Source: Methanothermus fervidus DSM 2088 (GTDB taxonomy: Archaea > Methanobacteriota > Methanobacteria > DSM-2088 > Methanothermaceae). From it: DNA of 32,000 nucleotides. A program made the position numbers and the translations under genes. The notes beneath the pieces are model-generated. The model did no database searches, was not told where the DNA came from, and saw nothing but the letters and a program-made list of their open reading frames with translations. Below are positions 30,276-32,000 of the stretch, piece after piece (position 1 is the first letter of the stretch; each line of letters starts with the position of its first letter). The stretch spans positions 330,001-362,000 of the forward strand of contig CP002278.1 in NCBI GenBank assembly GCA_000166095.1. The letters are read 5' to 3'.

Positions 30276-31940
30276 ATGCCAGTGATAACCATAAAATTTG
30301 ATGAATTAAGAAAATTGGGAATTGAACTTAGCAATGAAGAAATCATTGAGACATTGCCTATGTTAGGTTGTGATATTGAAGATTATGATGATAATGTTCT
30401 TAAAGTAGAATTTTTCCCAAATCGTCCAGATAACTTTTCTGTTGAAGGTATTTCTAGAAGTTTAAAAGGATTTTTAGGGATGGAATTAGGCATACCTAAG
30501 TATACAATCAAAGATTCTGGTTTTAAAGTGTTTGTAGATGAAAAAATATCTAAAATTAGGCCATTTATCGCTGTCTGTATAGTGAAAAATTTAGAATTTA
30601 ATGAAGACAAAGTAAAACAAATTATGGAGTTTCAAGAAGATCTACATTGGGTCATGGGTAGAGATAGAAAAAAAGTTGCTATAGGTCTCCATAATTATGA
30701 TGTTGTCACGCCTCCCTTTTATTATAAGGCAGCTGACCCAGATAATGTAGCATTTGTTCCTCTTAACAGCCAGGAAAAGATGACACTTAGAGAAATACTT
30801 AATAAACATGAAACTGGTCGAAAATATGCGCATTTATTAAAACAATACAAAAAATATCCTCTAATTTTAGATGATGATGACAATGTCCTTTCAATGCCTC
30901 CAATAATAAATGCAGAACTAACAAAAATTGATGAAAATACGAAAAATGTACTTATAGATGTTACAGGTACAGATTTTAAAGCTGTAATGCAAACTGTCAA
31001 TATATTATCAACCTCCTTTGCAGAAAGTGGTGGAAAAATTGAAACAGTTGAAATTATTTACCCTGATAAGAAAGTAAAGACTCCAGATTTAACTCCTAAA
31101 ACCAAGTTGCTAAATGTAGAAAACGTTAAAAAAATTATAGGTCATGATATTAGTTTAGATGAAATAAAACATTCATTATTAAAGGCGAGAATGGATGTAG
31201 AAGAGATTTCAGATGATAAATTAAAAGTTTATATCCCTGCTTATAGGGTTGATATACTTCATGAAGTTGATATAATAGAAAATGTTGCGATACAATACCG
31301 TTTTAATAATATCAAGCCAAGATTACCAAAAGTTGCCACTGTTGGTGAAGAAGACCCATGGTATATTTCTGACAACGTATTACGGAAAATTATGGTTGGT
31401 TTAGGTTTCCAGGAAATTATGAGTTTAATGTTGACAAATGAAGATACACATTACAAAAAAATGAGATTAAAGGAAGACGATAGGGTTCAAGTTTCTCAAC
31501 CAATTTCAGAAGATAGAACTATGATAAGAAAAAGCCTTCTAGGAAATCTCATGGAATTTTTAAGGGACAATAGACATGCTGAATTGCCACAAAAAATATT
31601 TGAAGTTGGTGAAGCTGTATATATTGACAAAAAATCTGAAACAAAAGTAAAAAGTGTTAAAAAATTGGCAGGGGCAGTAATGCATTCAAATACTAATTTT
31701 ACAGAAATAAAATCAATTGTAGCTACAATAATCAAAAACTTAGGTTATAAAATGGAGTTAGAGAAGACTAACCATCCTAGTTTTATCAAAGGTAGGGTAG
31801 CAAAGGTTAGAGCTAAAATGAAAGACAAGGCTTCAATAGAGGGCGTTTTTGGTGAAATACATCCAGAAGTTATAATTAATTTTGATTTAGAGTATCCTGT
31901 TACAGCCTTTGAATTAGAATTTACTCACCAACAACCATAA
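30276..31940 (+). CDS. pheT: Phenylalanine--tRNA ligase beta subunit
   Basis: VEFFPNRPDNFSVEGISRSLKGFLG, FKAVMQTVNILSTSFAESGG, ENVAIQYRFNNIKP, GLGFQEIMSLMLTNE; SD gaggtga. Confidence 0.95.
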   Translation: MPVITIKFDELRKLGIELSNEEIIETLPMLGCDIEDYDDNVLKVEFFPNRPDNFSVEGISRSLKGFLGMELGIPKYTIKDSGFKVFVDEKISKIRPFIAVCIVKNLEFNEDKVKQIMEFQEDLHWVMGRDRKKVAIGLHNYDVVTPPFYYKAADPDNVAFVPLNSQEKMTLREILNKHETGRKYAHLLKQYKKYPLILDDDDNVLSMPPIINAELTKIDENTKNVLIDVTGTDFKAVMQTVNILSTSFAESGGKIETVEIIYPDKKVKTPDLTPKTKLLNVENVKKIIGHDISLDEIKHSLLKARMDVEEISDDKLKVYIPAYRVDILHEVDIIENVAIQYRFNNIKPRLPKVATVGEEDPWYISDNVLRKIMVGLGFQEIMSLMLTNEDTHYKKMRLKEDDRVQVSQPISEDRTMIRKSLLGNLMEFLRDNRHAELPQKIFEVGEAVYIDKKSETKVKSVKKLAGAVMHSNTNFTEIKSIVATIIKNLGYKMELEKTNHPSFIKGRVAKVRAKMKDKASIEGVFGEIHPEVIINFDLEYPVTAFELEFTHQQP

Positions 31941-32000
31941 TATTTACAGTCCTTGTCCTTGGACCATCTAATTCCACGAAAAAAATTCTTTGCCAAGTCC
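31941..32000 (-). CDS. Possible 3' end of a minus-strand gene truncated by the window edge
   Basis: Reverse strand reads TWQRIFFVELDGPRTRTVNIMVVGE then a stop whose last bases overlap the pheT end; too short to identify. Confidence 0.3.

Noticed and set aside
1-32000. CRISPR array, transposon, integron, toxin-antitoxin, defence genes or prophage
   Set aside because: No regularly spaced repeats, transposase/integrase motifs or recognisable defence proteins were seen. The only tRNA has no integrase or repeated tRNA 3' fragment nearby.

Overview
This AT-rich window is almost entirely coding and comes from a methanogen-type archaeon. That call rests on cfbD (coenzyme F430 biosynthesis), sepS (O-phosphoseryl-tRNA synthetase), an Hmd-related protein, archaeal CTP-type riboflavin kinase, a DHPS-related protein, class III-signal pilins and an intron-containing elongator tRNA-Met. 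Supported housekeeping genes are sepS, ribK, ribB, gatA, hisH, pdxS, cfbD, aroA, valS, pheT and an NcsA/TtuA-type tRNA thiolase. I see no CRISPR array, integrase, transposase or recognisable defence island. The parts most worth a second look are: (1) a minus-strand gene group (about 3711-6799) with an Hmd-related protein next to an amidotransferase/P-loop fusion in the reverse of the usual CobQ/CbiA domain order, a helical protein, and an unannotated 40-aa membrane ORF with a strong Shine-Dalgarno; (2) a V4R-domain gene broken at an A9 homopolymer in a way that a -1 shift would repair exactly; (3) a large membrane-anchored secreted protein with an apparent internal duplication; (4) a pilin/DUF515-like locus with two tandem pilins sharing 71/73 nt over the signal region; (5) a mixed-function cluster pdxS-cfbD-NTase/cupin-hisH-PurM-like-minor pilin-like. 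None of these is proven to be a new system.
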